IMG/VR virus record: IMGVR_UViG_3300035704_000005
Source: an uncultured virus (IMG/VR IMGVR_UViG_3300035704_000005)
Taxonomy: Duplodnaviria > Heunggongvirae > Uroviricota > Caudoviricetes
DNA: 64,000 bases
Reading direction: 5' to 3' (one strand)
The position numbers and the translations under genes were made by a program. The notes beneath the pieces are model-generated. The model saw only the letters and a program-made list of their open reading frames with translations, did not search any database and was not told the origin of the DNA. This document shows, in pieces, positions 42,623 through 51,242 of this stretch (the stretch's first letter is position 1; the number at the start of each line of letters is the position of its first letter).

Positions 42623-42816
42623 ATGATAAAAGCGTCATCACGGTTGATGACGCACGAGCTAAAGCTCGTTTGATTTTGCGGGGCAAGTTGCTTGACTCTG
42701 AAATCATTATTACAGATTCAGGAGATTGGGCACAGCCAGTGCCTGAAGAAGTGGAACGTATCGTAACCGTAGTGTCTGATTGGTTGTGGGGTAGTGACCC
42801 TCACTCACACAGCTGA
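42619..42816 (+). CDS. hypothetical protein
   Basis: GTGA overlap. Confidence 0.55.
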   Translation: MNDKSVITVDDARAKARLILRGKLLDSEIIITDSGDWAQPVPEEVERIVTVVSDWLWGSDPHSHS

Positions 42817-42901
42817 GTTTATCGGCGTCGCTTTAGGATGGGCTGCTTTTGTTACCGTTGTCGTTTCTCTAATCATCAGCAAGGTAGGAAAGTGAGGCAA
42901 C

Positions 42902-43099
42902 ATGGAGCACCAGATTGTCAAGAGCGAACGCAAATCGATGGGCGCAGTAGCTTATTGTGTGTCTGCCGGGGGGTGTGATTGGATACCCACCCACATCAAT
43001 CAGTGCGAACAGCATGTTCGCGATACAGGCCACACAGTGCAGGTGAAAGAAACCTTCCAAACGATTTACCGTCTGCACGCCCCACAGGTTGCCGAGTAA
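42902..43099 (+). CDS. small Zn-finger protein
   Basis: C...GCDW...HVRDTGH.V. Confidence 0.65.
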   Translation: MEHQIVKSERKSMGAVAYCVSAGGCDWIPTHINQCEQHVRDTGHTVQVKETFQTIYRLHAPQVAE

Positions 43100-43101
43100 C
43101 C

Positions 43102-43470
43102 GTGCCTTTCTGGCGACGCAAACCCCCACCGATCGGAGGCGCACCAACCGGCCAGCTGGGAGGCAAATCAGGCCGCATCAACGACTGGCCGAAGTGCCGA
43201 CAGTGCTGGCACAGAGTCCCGGCAGCCACGATTCACACGGCGTGCCGCCGGGCTTCTGTGGAGGCCTCAGGGCCGGTACCCCATACTCACCTCGGAGGAA
43301 AGCCCTGCTGCCCCGGCTGGTGTCGAGTATGTGGCATCTGCTGGGATCGCAATCATATGATCTGTGGTAACTGTGGTCGGTGCATCTTGGAGTGCCCAGG
43401 TGTTTGCAGCGAATGCGGGAACTGTCTGGATAAGTGCAAGGGACATAACAAGTCAGGAGATGAAGAATAG
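43102..43470 (+). CDS. Cys-rich protein
   Basis: C-terminal run of CxxCxxC motifs. Confidence 0.6.
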   Translation: MPFWRRKPPPIGGAPTGQLGGKSGRINDWPKCRQCWHRVPAATIHTACRRASVEASGPVPHTHLGGKPCCPGWCRVCGICWDRNHMICGNCGRCILECPGVCSECGNCLDKCKGHNKSGDEE

Positions 43471-43965
43471 ATGGTTAACCCACTAAGCCCCGTTCGGCGC
43501 ATCGAAGCCAAGCGCATGATAACCCATCTATTTGCGCACGAGCAGTTCGACGCTGATCGGTTCGTAGAGATATTGGCAGGCATCATGGTGGAGACACCTG
43601 AGGTGGTCAAAGTAGCTGCCCGGCATCTCGAAGCTTGGAACGAAGATAGGCGCTGCATTGTTTGGCAAGAATTGCCTGCCCGGTATGAAGAGGTAGCTGA
43701 GGTAGTCCTTGACGCAGCTGCGATCTTCCGCGGGGAGACTTCCGAAGACGTGCCGCCACGGGAAGCTACCCGCGCCGACGTAGAGGTATGGGCACGAGTG
43801 GCTGAGACGTTGCGAGGCAGCCGTGACTGCTTCCTGCGGGCAGCTAGCGGGTCTGTGAGCCGCGGGGCGTTCGAGGCCCAAGCAGCGGCCTGCAACCGGT
43901 CTCTCACTGAACTGCTGACGCTGCTAGGTAACGGGCTGATCGAGCCAGGCGATAAGGAGGTATGA
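43471..43965 (+). CDS. hypothetical protein
   Basis: 164 aa, AGGAG SD. Confidence 0.7.
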   Translation: MVNPLSPVRRIEAKRMITHLFAHEQFDADRFVEILAGIMVETPEVVKVAARHLEAWNEDRRCIVWQELPARYEEVAEVVLDAAAIFRGETSEDVPPREATRADVEVWARVAETLRGSRDCFLRAASGSVSRGAFEAQAAACNRSLTELLTLLGNGLIEPGDKEV

Positions 43966-44109
43966 GAACCGACGTGATAGATCTAGTAGCTGTGCGAAGA
44001 GATGATCTGTATCTAGATGTCATCGGCCTTGTACCGTTGTCCAATGTTCCACCAGATATGCGCGATGAATTGACCGAGATTCTGATTGGTTGCCGAGACG
44101 AAGTGAGGC

Positions 44110-44505
44110 ATGGTGAACATGCTTAAACCAAGGAAAATCGGCACTGTAGAGATTCTCGTATTGAGGATCTACCCCATTGACCCGCGTAACTTCAACGAAG
44201 ATCGAACCGAGGTGATTGTGCAGCCCGGCGTGTTCGATCTGTACCGACAAGCCGACGTGTTCTTTTGGGTTATGCACGGTGAGATCAATCTACGCGGTTT
44301 CCAGCCGTTAGGGCATGGCATTTCCACAGCAAACCCTAATGACGAAGGTAACGGTATCGTAGTTGAATTCCCCTCGGTATGTTTTTCTGATGTAGATTTC
44401 CGCGACTGCTTAGCTCGCCCCGAATTCATCGAAGGTAACCCGGCGCAGCGCGTCCGCGTCATCGTCACCGATAAGAAGACGAAGGATGAAATATATGCGG
44501 GCTGA
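44110..44505 (+). CDS. hypothetical protein
   Basis: 131 aa, GAGG SD. Confidence 0.7.
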   Translation: MVNMLKPRKIGTVEILVLRIYPIDPRNFNEDRTEVIVQPGVFDLYRQADVFFWVMHGEINLRGFQPLGHGISTANPNDEGNGIVVEFPSVCFSDVDFRDCLARPEFIEGNPAQRVRVIVTDKKTKDEIYAG

Positions 44506-44791
44506 ATTCTACAAATCTGAGGCTGAGTACTGGCAGAGAGAAGCCACTCGGCGCACAGACATTCTAAACACGATTATGGATGCGTGTCGTGAAATTCTAG
44601 ATAGCGGCACGTACCCACCTGAGCCACCGATGGGCACTCGGTATTTCCATGACGGAGAAGTGACTTGGATGCATGCCGATAAAGGATGGGTGTGCAACAA
44701 TCCTGACTGCCGTCATTGCCCCACCACTTGGGAAGAAGCCTGGGAATTCGGGATTAACCGCGCCGATGTGCGAGGCTTGCCAAGCGACTAA
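44486..44791 (+). CDS. hypothetical protein
   Basis: Overlaps the upstream gene; PEPP.GT motif. Confidence 0.65.
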   Translation: MKYMRAEFYKSEAEYWQREATRRTDILNTIMDACREILDSGTYPPEPPMGTRYFHDGEVTWMHADKGWVCNNPDCRHCPTTWEEAWEFGINRADVRGLPSD

Positions 44792-45141
44792 TCCAGCTCT
44801 TCGTTCAGCTCACCCAGACGCTGCCAGCCAGACTCTAGGAGTCCTCGGCTGGTCAGCTCTGTTTCTATGTCCGGGTGCATGGCCAGGGTCTTGCCCGAAG
44901 CTCGCCAGCACCGCGGGCACTGCGGGGCCAGCCGACCGGCGTCTACAAGCGCAGTGCAGGCGCCCACGGCCACGGACACCTGTGCCCCGCAGTCCTCGCA
45001 CTCCCGCAGGTTGCTGGGCGCGCTGATAGGCGTTCCCAGCCTCGGACACACGATCCGGCCCTCCCGTAGCTCCTGCCGGTGTCGGCCGCCCACAACCCCC
45101 CTCAGCTCCTGTAGCAGCATCGCCTGAGCGTACCCAGGCAC
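44788..45141 (-). CDS. Zn-finger hypothetical protein
   Basis: CEDCG...CPRC; start uncertain. Confidence 0.55.
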   Translation of the reverse strand: MPGYAQAMLLQELRGVVGGRHRQELREGRIVCPRLGTPISAPSNLRECEDCGAQVSVAVGACTALVDAGRLAPQCPRCWRASGKTLAMHPDIETELTSRGLLESGWQRLGELNEELD

Positions 45142-45145
45142 AACG

Positions 45146-45181
45146 AAAACCGGCCCGACACCCGAGGGCGTCAGGCCGGTT
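45146..45181 (-). terminator. intrinsic terminator
   Basis: Minus strand AACCGGCCTGACGCCC-TC-GGGTGTCGGGCCGGTTTTCGTT. Confidence 0.75.
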
Positions 45182-45222
45182 GAAGGGGCATGAGGGATAC
45201 CCGACAGACAGGCGGTATCAGA

Positions 45223-45411
45223 CTACAGCAGCGGCGAAGCCCAGCATGCCGGGCACGGCCGCCCAGGCGGAGCTGCCAAGCTGGCGGGCCATGTGGTACG
45301 GCCGCACAGCGCGACGTAGTACCCCGTGATCCGGCCGAGCTGCATACCTGCTTCGTTGATCATGTGCTCACGGGCCTGCACATCAGTGAGCCGCGTTAGC
45401 AGGCCTACCAT
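45223..45411 (-). CDS. small actinomycete Zn-finger protein
   Basis: EH.I...G.Y.ALCG...ASLAAPPGRPCPAC. Confidence 0.7.
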   Translation of the reverse strand: MVGLLTRLTDVQAREHMINEAGMQLGRITGYYVALCGRTTWPASLAAPPGRPCPACWASPLL

Positions 45412-45491
45412 TCGATCTCAACACCAGACGGCATATGCAATCTCATCTGTACTTGCATCATGCACACAGTATGCCACGTTACTTACCGTGG

Positions 45492-46070
45492 TCAGTACTT
45501 CACACCTAGTCGCTTACCTAGCTCAATCCAGTTAGTTGCAATGCCCTGCTGTGCTTGAGGAAGGGTGAGCCGACCGGCGCATATCGCAGCGTGCGCAGCG
45601 CCTTCGACCTTGTCTTTCTCATTGAATGATGCATGCGGCTCTGGCCACAAATTCAATTCTGCCGAAGGCGAGCCGCCAAGTTCGAGAGAAATAAGGTGGT
45701 CTTCTTCAGATGTGGTAGGGGTAGGTGTATGAGAGCCTGAGCTGTCCACGTAATCGTATTTGTTGGCCAGCTGGTCTCTCTTCAATTTACTGGTGTAGCT
45801 GGCTGGTGGCCGCCAGTTGATTGTATGCGCTGTAGGGCACAGCTGGCCGAGGGTGACCGCGGGATTGATGGCGCCCGGTGTGCACCGAGAATCGGGCAGC
45901 CACGCTTGCGGGTCAGCTTCGTTGATGTGCCGCGCGTGGCAGGGCTTGCCCGAATTCGGGCTGGCTAGGGCTTGGCCGGTAGGTGCGCATGCGGTCAGTA
46001 CCAGTACTAGGGGAAGCAGAGCTTTACCGAGCACGAGAGATCCTCGGCTGGGAATCCCACCGCTGGACAT
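45492..46070 (-). CDS. secreted lipoprotein with HNH-like domain
   Basis: Lipobox LTAC; TPGA, EEDHLISLELGG...NLWPEP...KDKVE...IC.G..TL..AQ..IA.NW. Confidence 0.72.
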   Translation of the reverse strand: MSSGGIPSRGSLVLGKALLPLVLVLTACAPTGQALASPNSGKPCHARHINEADPQAWLPDSRCTPGAINPAVTLGQLCPTAHTINWRPPASYTSKLKRDQLANKYDYVDSSGSHTPTPTTSEEDHLISLELGGSPSAELNLWPEPHASFNEKDKVEGAAHAAICAGRLTLPQAQQGIATNWIELGKRLGVKY

Positions 46071-46341
46071 AATCCGTTAGCTCCTTCAGCCCCCGGCTTG
46101 TGAGTTTCACATACCGCCTAGGCGGGCCGAGAGAGCCACGCTGCCGGGCTTGCTCTATGGTCTCTTCTCGGTATTTCACCCAGCCTCGCCTGCACCACTC
46201 TTCGAGCATGGGGTATATGGTGCCTCTGGCGATGTTGCCCGCTTCTTGGCAGATCTGCACCCCATAGTGCTCAGCATCTGGTTTGCTTAGCAGCACTCTA
46301 GCGACGCTTGCACTAGTATAAGTCAGTAGAGGTTTAGTCAT
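46024..46341 (-). CDS. PadR-family transcriptional regulator
   Basis: HYG..I...GTIYP.L...GWV...PPRRY..LT..G. Confidence 0.85.
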   Translation of the reverse strand: MTKPLLTYTSASVARVLLSKPDAEHYGVQICQEAGNIARGTIYPMLEEWCRRGWVKYREETIEQARQRGSLGPPRRYVKLTSRGLKELTDYVQRWDSQPRISRAR

Positions 46342-46373
46342 GCTCGGATCCTACCATGCTAGGCAAGCCCCGA

Positions 46374-46685
46374 TCACCGGCCACCCGGAAGCAAGCTCGT
46401 TGTGCCCGGCTCTCCGAGAGGGGCCGAGGCGACCGAGAAGAGCACAGCCAGCACCGCAGCTCCGGCGGCCGTGCCCAGGGCTTGCTGCCAGTCCACATGC
46501 AGGATGTTGAGGCCCGTTGTTCCACCACCTAGCAAGAGCACGAGCGCAGCGGCAAAGCTCTTCAGCGCCCGATCAGCAGTACCGATCAGCCAAGACCGCG
46601 TGAAGACGTTGCCGCCGGACGCAGGCGGAGACACTGGTACCGGGTCTGGCATGGCAAAGCTCGCATCCTCATGACTGCCTGACAT
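46374..46685 (-). CDS. holin (r1t-like)
   Basis: W...TADRALKSFA..L...VDW..ALG.A..A.VL.VL.S.AS; AAGGAGG SD. Confidence 0.82.
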   Translation of the reverse strand: MSGSHEDASFAMPDPVPVSPPASGGNVFTRSWLIGTADRALKSFAAALVLLLGGGTTGLNILHVDWQQALGTAAGAAVLAVLFSVASAPLGEPGTTSLLPGGR

Positions 46686-46707
46686 CAGGGCCTCCTTGAC
46701 TTCTTCG

Positions 46708-46743
46708 TTGACTGGTGTAACGTCTGGTTGGTAGGATCCGATA
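46708..46743 (+). promoter_or_regulatory. overlapping SigA (TTGACT-N18-TAGGAT) and ECF (TGTAAC-N17-CGATA) promoters
   Basis: TTGACT 46708, TAGGAT 46732; TGTAAC 46716, CGATA 46739. Confidence 0.7.
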
Positions 46744-46792
46744 TACCGGGTACAGAGGCCCCGCCAGAACCACCTAAGATCGAAGGACCATC

Positions 46793-46990
46793 GTGACGGC
46801 TACATCTCGTGCTATCAAATGGATAAAAAGTTGTACTGGGCATGCTTGGTTTGCTTATGTGCAGGATTGCAAGATAGTTGAGTTAACCATTGGCGTATAT
46901 GTAGTCGAACGAATCACCGAGGAGATACCTACCGATACTATTGGTATTTATGCAACACTGGTCGAAGCCTTGGCCGCTACCGATACCTAG
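46793..46990 (+). CDS. hypothetical protein
   Basis: AAGGA SD; AT-rich. Confidence 0.55.
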   Translation: MTATSRAIKWIKSCTGHAWFAYVQDCKIVELTIGVYVVERITEEIPTDTIGIYATLVEALAATDT

Positions 46991-47020
46991 ACTAAACACC
47001 TACCAGAATTGAGCCCAGAG

Positions 47021-47671
47021 ATGGCCCGAGTAACTTACGTCAAATCCGCCCGAGTGCGGTATAACTCTGACGGCACAGCTAAGCCGTTGCTGAGCTGCGA
47101 CGCATGTCAGAATCCGATCGAGGTCGGCAGCTCCTACAAGCACATGTCCATCAAAACCGGCGCGTACAGCTCACGCAAGCTGGTTCGCTGCGACTCCTGC
47201 CCGACGTGGCAGGTATGGGAGTACTCGAACAGCACCAGCGCACGCACCGCTCAGATTGCGCATGAAGCGCGGACGGCCATGGAAGCGGCCGATACGGTGG
47301 ATGAGGTCACGGACGCCTTGCAGACGGCTGCAGATGCCGCGCGTGAGCTGGCCGAGGAGAAGCGGGAAGGCGCTCAGAACATCGAAGAAGGCTTCGGTCA
47401 CTCAACCAGCCAGTCAGATGAATTGACCGAGTTAGCAGAGGAACTAGACAGCTGGGCCGAGGCTCTAGAGCAGGTCGACGTGCCCGATTTCCCAGACCCT
47501 GACGACGTTAATTGTCCCGCGTGCGAGGGCAAAGGCACAGGTGGCGAAGATATGGATACGTGCTCAGAGTGCCTGGGCACCGGCCATCCTACCGAGCCCA
47601 CAGAAGAGCAGCTAGACGAGTGGCGCGACGAAGTCGCCAACATCTCGGAACTGGACGACAGCCCCGTGTAA
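47021..47671 (+). CDS. hypothetical protein with Zn fingers and acidic helical bundle
   Basis: CDAC..CDSC; DnaJ-like CPACEGKG..CSECLGTG. Confidence 0.75.
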   Translation: MARVTYVKSARVRYNSDGTAKPLLSCDACQNPIEVGSSYKHMSIKTGAYSSRKLVRCDSCPTWQVWEYSNSTSARTAQIAHEARTAMEAADTVDEVTDALQTAADAARELAEEKREGAQNIEEGFGHSTSQSDELTELAEELDSWAEALEQVDVPDFPDPDDVNCPACEGKGTGGEDMDTCSECLGTGHPTEPTEEQLDEWRDEVANISELDDSPV

Positions 47672-47694
47672 CGTTCGATCGGCAGGATCCGATA
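47667..47694 (+). promoter_or_regulatory. ECF-type promoter TGTAAC-N17-CGATA upstream of the tRNA
   Basis: Exact motif; also shares AGGATCCGATA with the 46716 copy. Confidence 0.7.
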
Positions 47695-47732
47695 CACCAG
47701 TCATCGGGGAGTCATCCGGACTCCCTACCAAC

Positions 47733-47805
47733 GGGTCGTTAGCTCAATTGGTAGAGCATTCGCCTTTTAAGCGAAGGGTTCTGGGTTCGAGTCCCAGGCG
47801 GCCTA
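47733..47805 (+). tRNA. tRNA-Lys (anticodon TTT)
   Basis: Full cloverleaf: GCTC/GAGC D stem, TTCGC-CTTTTAA-GCGAA anticodon arm, CTGGG-TTCGAGT-CCCAG T arm; CCA not encoded. Confidence 0.93.
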
Positions 47806-47836
47806 CGTAATAACAACGATCTCAGGAGGGGCCGTA

Positions 47837-48238
47837 ATGGCACATATCCGATTTAACCGATGCAGTGAGATGCAGTTTCGCACAAACGTGCCGTGCTTGG
47901 TTAACGGTATTGCGGTGCTCGAAGTAATCGGCTATCAGCCGGGCGGCTCAGGAGTGTACGCAAGTGCGTTCGCTCTTACTCAACCTCAGCCGGGCACTTG
48001 GGCTACTCATCACCTAATCTGTGTGGATGATAACCCCGTGGGCGAAATCAACTGGAGCTTGAGCACAGGCCACTACGATTTCTTCAGCCGCGAATCTGCT
48101 TTCTCAGATCTCGTATCCCGCTCACGTTATGAGCGGGCAGAGATGACGAAAGTAGAGATTGAGGCATCAGCGCAGGCGGTGCAACAAGCATTGCGCGCTC
48201 GCCTCGCACATCGGCGTACACAGTCAGTTACCCAGTGA
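47837..48238 (+). CDS. hypothetical protein
   Basis: AGGAGG SD; W...TGHYD motif. Confidence 0.7.
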   Translation: MAHIRFNRCSEMQFRTNVPCLVNGIAVLEVIGYQPGGSGVYASAFALTQPQPGTWATHHLICVDDNPVGEINWSLSTGHYDFFSRESAFSDLVSRSRYERAEMTKVEIEASAQAVQQALRARLAHRRTQSVTQ

Positions 48239-48423
48239 CTGACCAAATCTGCGGCGCATGCGGATTGCCCGGCGCGGAATGGTTTCACGTCCGGCTAGCA
48301 ACCCCAGTTCACAGCCTCGACACCTGCCAACGGAATCTCAAAGGAGAAGACGTCCGCGATCACTGCATGATCCTACTCAGTACCCAAGAGGACTAACCAG
48401 ACGTCGAGAGGGGGTGAAATTTT

Positions 48424-48570
48424 ATGGCGTTATGCATCAACAGCAAGCACGGTAAATGTGACAACGAAGCCACCCACCAAGTAAATGGCGTTTCCGTGTG
48501 TGACTCGTGCACTGTCCAGTCATACCCTGCCGAGAGGGACGGCAGAACGATTGTAGTTGTTCGCAGGTAG
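48424..48570 (+). CDS. small Zn-finger protein (not in ORF track)
   Basis: AGGGGGTG SD; C...C.NEATH...VCDSC. Confidence 0.6.
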   Translation: MALCINSKHGKCDNEATHQVNGVSVCDSCTVQSYPAERDGRTIVVVRR

Positions 48571-48572
48571 GA

Positions 48573-48614
48573 ATCCTGGGGGCTGAGCCGACGCAGAAGC
48601 CCAGCCCCCAGGAT
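48573..48614. terminator. hairpin between convergent transcription units
   Basis: 13-bp inverted repeat 48573-48585/48602-48614. Confidence 0.7.
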
Positions 48615-48626
48615 CCTGCCCCCTGC

Positions 48627-48992
48627 CTACGGCCCCGCAGGAGCCGGGGGCGCTGGGATAACACTGGGGTCATCAGCGGTCACGGCCGCGTGGACACGAT
48701 CGATCTCAGCCCGGATACTGTCAATGGACGCCTGAACATCAGCATCTGAGACGGTACCGGTCGGCGATGCGTCGGCCTTGGCCTTGAGGTCATCAAGAGC
48801 CGCAACAATAACGCCATCCTCGGCCTTGAGGTCATCAATAGCCGCGCGCTGGTCGTCAGCAAGAGCCATCTGTGTCTCCTGTCTACGTAGAATCAACTGA
48901 ACCACTCGGAGGATTTCCGAGATCTTAGAGGGAAGGCTGGCCAGTTCGGTAAGAGTGCTGCCGAGAGAAATCGACCTCTGCTCTTCTACCAT
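48627..48992 (-). CDS. hypothetical coiled-coil protein of the lysis region
   Basis: TGATG overlap; second in-frame start MALADD (48869) with AGGAG SD. Confidence 0.65.
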   Translation of the reverse strand: MVEEQRSISLGSTLTELASLPSKISEILRVVQLILRRQETQMALADDQRAAIDDLKAEDGVIVAALDDLKAKADASPTGTVSDADVQASIDSIRAEIDRVHAAVTADDPSVIPAPPAPAGP

Positions 48993-49993
48993 CACAGCCC
49001 CCAAACTGAAAGCCATTTAGCTAGCTCGTCGGCCATCTCGCCGCTAAGCCCGCTATGTGCATAGCGGATAAAAGCATGCGCCATGACGGCGAGCTGCAAG
49101 TTGGCTGAATTCTGAGCCGCTGTAATTGCGCCGATGGGGCTCGGAACGGGCACCGGAATAGGGTTAACCGGCAGATCACGTCCGGTCAGGGTTTTGTAGT
49201 TCTTGGCCAACGCCGTTTGGTCAACACCCGTAAGGAAAGATCGGTTCGTCAAGTGCTCAGGCCAGATAACAACCCAAGCCTCCTGTACCTGATTCAGCCA
49301 GAATTTATCTGTGATCCCGATGGGGAAACCCCAAGTGAGCCCTCCGAGGTCCGGACGGCCCGCGGTTGTGTCTCCGGTGTACTGGCCCACCAAGAAAGCA
49401 TGGCCGCCCCACTCCCCTGAGGGTGAGTAATCCCAAGGACCGCCGGTATTAGTTTGTGATTGCTGGACCTTCTGGAGGTCGGCGCCCGTAGATAGAGAGC
49501 CGAAGATAGCGATAGCCGCGCGAACCTCATCGAGGTTGGCTACATTGACCTGAGCATAGGCAACACACTTGGTGAGATTGCCGCGGGCATCGGCCGGACC
49601 AACACCACCTGTGTGTACCTCGCTCAGCATGTCGGCCATGACAACGCCGTTGTCATCTGCGGGGAATCCCGGATTGCCGGACCGTTTGTACAGATCGAGT
49701 GCGTCTGCCGTTGAGCTGAGGGAGTTGACCCCAGCTAGGTATTTGGCTATGAGCATCCGGTCATGGATGATGTCGGCTGGCCCACAGTCTGAGTACTGGC
49801 GGTTGCCGAGGTCACCCCAACTTCCCGCAGGAACCTGGCTGAAGTGGTCAACCGTAGCCGGATGCGCTGGAGTAACGCCGGTCAGCAGGTCCGCTAGGCG
49901 CAGCGTCGGGCGGCTGGGATCGTGCGGCCGTCGCCCGAGACGCCTGCCGGGAACAATCATGGTCTCGACATGCCGCGTAGGTGATGCGGTCAC
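48992..49993 (-). CDS. papain-like (C1A) cysteine peptidase
   Basis: LGN..Y.DC catalytic Cys, GGHA..V..Y His, TWG; AAGGAGG SD. Confidence 0.72.
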   Translation of the reverse strand: MTASPTRHVETMIVPGRRLGRRPHDPSRPTLRLADLLTGVTPAHPATVDHFSQVPAGSWGDLGNRQYSDCGPADIIHDRMLIAKYLAGVNSLSSTADALDLYKRSGNPGFPADDNGVVMADMLSEVHTGGVGPADARGNLTKCVAYAQVNVANLDEVRAAIAIFGSLSTGADLQKVQQSQTNTGGPWDYSPSGEWGGHAFLVGQYTGDTTAGRPDLGGLTWGFPIGITDKFWLNQVQEAWVVIWPEHLTNRSFLTGVDQTALAKNYKTLTGRDLPVNPIPVPVPSPIGAITAAQNSANLQLAVMAHAFIRYAHSGLSGEMADELAKWLSVWGL

Positions 49994-50010
49994 TCGGCCT
50001 CCTTAAGATG

Positions 50011-50039
50011 TTGACAGATGGTAGGAAGTTATATAGTGT
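50011..50039 (+). promoter_or_regulatory. SigA-type promoter TTGACA-N17-TAGTGT
   Basis: Heads a rightward island; spacer contains ATGGTAGGAAGTTA, also present on the minus strand at 35218-35231. Confidence 0.65.
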
Positions 50040-50046
50040 GAACGAC

Positions 50047-50208
50047 ATGAAAGCCCAGAAGCCAAGCGATAGGGTTACCGATCCTGCGCCTTGCGAAGGT
50101 TGCGGAACCGAGGTGAGCATCACTCGATTTTCAGGTGGCCAAGTTGCCGTGGAAAACCGGGGCACCTATGCCGATGGCGAGCCTATTTACATAACCCATC
50201 GGCACTGA
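50047..50208 (+). CDS. small hypothetical protein (probably leaderless)
   Basis: ATG 7 nt after the -10; CEGCG. Confidence 0.55.
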   Translation: MKAQKPSDRVTDPAPCEGCGTEVSITRFSGGQVAVENRGTYADGEPIYITHRH

Positions 50209-50229
50209 CAGGGAAAGGACCGAGGGAAA

Positions 50230-50376
50230 ATGAAACGAATTTGTGGCACAAGCGGCGTCAGTGATGACGGTAGTCCCAGCACACGTTGCACACAGCCTGT
50301 GCAAAATGACGCAGGCACTTGCAACGACTGTGCCGAGGAGGCCGAGATTCTGGCTTCCCTAGAGCCATCTAGCTAA
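50230..50376 (+). CDS. small Zn-finger protein (not in ORF track)
   Basis: GAGGG SD; C..C..CNDC. Confidence 0.55.
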   Translation: MKRICGTSGVSDDGSPSTRCTQPVQNDAGTCNDCAEEAEILASLEPSS

Positions 50377-50898
50377 ATGCGTAATGTAATCGGCACTGTT
50401 TACCTGCTGTGTTTCAGCCGGGCGTACAAACATGCCAAGCATTACACAGGATGGGCAAAGAATCTCGAAGCTCGGCTTGCTGAACATGCGAGCGGCCGAG
50501 GCGCAAGGCTGTTAGAGGTTGTCAAAGAAGCTGGGATTACGTGGCAGCTCGCCCGAACATGGACGGGTGACCGGTATCTAGAACGTCGGCTTAAACAAAA
50601 AGGCGCCGCATCGCGGTGCCCTATCTGCCAGGCACGAAAGGTGGTGAGCACGTTGATAACGAAAGACTGGAGGCACCGGGCGGCATGCCGCGACGCGGAT
50701 CCTGAGCTGTTTTTCCCGCTAGGCGACGCGTTCACCAAGGCTGAGCTGGGCCAGCTCGCAGAGGCCAAGGCCGTCTGTCGGGGCTGCCCGGTGAAGGCCG
50801 AGTGCCTGGCTTGGGCCTGCAACACAGGCCTCACGCACGCGGTTGCCGGTGGCACGACCGAGGACGAGCGTCGGACACTACGGAGACTGGCATCGTGA
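50377..50898 (+). CDS. GIY-YIG nuclease domain fused to a WhiB-family regulator
   Basis: GTVYLL..HYTGW..L..RL..H..G.GARL; then W..RAAC...DPELFFP...AK.VC..CPV..ECL...GG.TE.ER. Confidence 0.85.
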   Translation: MRNVIGTVYLLCFSRAYKHAKHYTGWAKNLEARLAEHASGRGARLLEVVKEAGITWQLARTWTGDRYLERRLKQKGAASRCPICQARKVVSTLITKDWRHRAACRDADPELFFPLGDAFTKAELGQLAEAKAVCRGCPVKAECLAWACNTGLTHAVAGGTTEDERRTLRRLAS

Positions 50899-51242
50899 TA
50901 AATAAGAAAATCCGGCTGAGCCTGCAAACAATTAAAGTATTGCGGGCTCTGCTGGATAATAACGGCGCCGCACGCTATGGATTTGAGTTAGCCAAGTTAG
51001 TCGGCATGCGCACGGGTGTGCTTTACCCTACGCTGCGCCGGCTAGAAGAGGAAGGATGGGTGATTAGTGAGCTTGAACCTATTGACCCTGCTGTAGCCGG
51101 ACGTCCCGCCAGAGTGTATTACACACTTACCTCTGAAGGAGATCAGAAGGCACGTTGTGTCTTGACAGAATTGAGCGACGCATTACGACCACCACCGCCG
51201 AATGTAACCAAAGGAGATAGCTGTGCCGACGACGGGACATGA
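50895..51242 (+). CDS. PadR-family transcriptional regulator
   Basis: YGFEL...G.LYP.L.RLE..GW...GRP.R.YY.LT..G; GTGA overlap. Confidence 0.88.
   Translation: MINKKIRLSLQTIKVLRALLDNNGAARYGFELAKLVGMRTGVLYPTLRRLEEEGWVISELEPIDPAVAGRPARVYYTLTSEGDQKARCVLTELSDALRPPPPNVTKGDSCADDGT

Noticed and set aside
47733..47805. tRNA as host integration site or prophage boundary
   Set aside because: Phage genes and phage promoter motifs continue on both sides; no integrase or duplicated tRNA 3' end seen.
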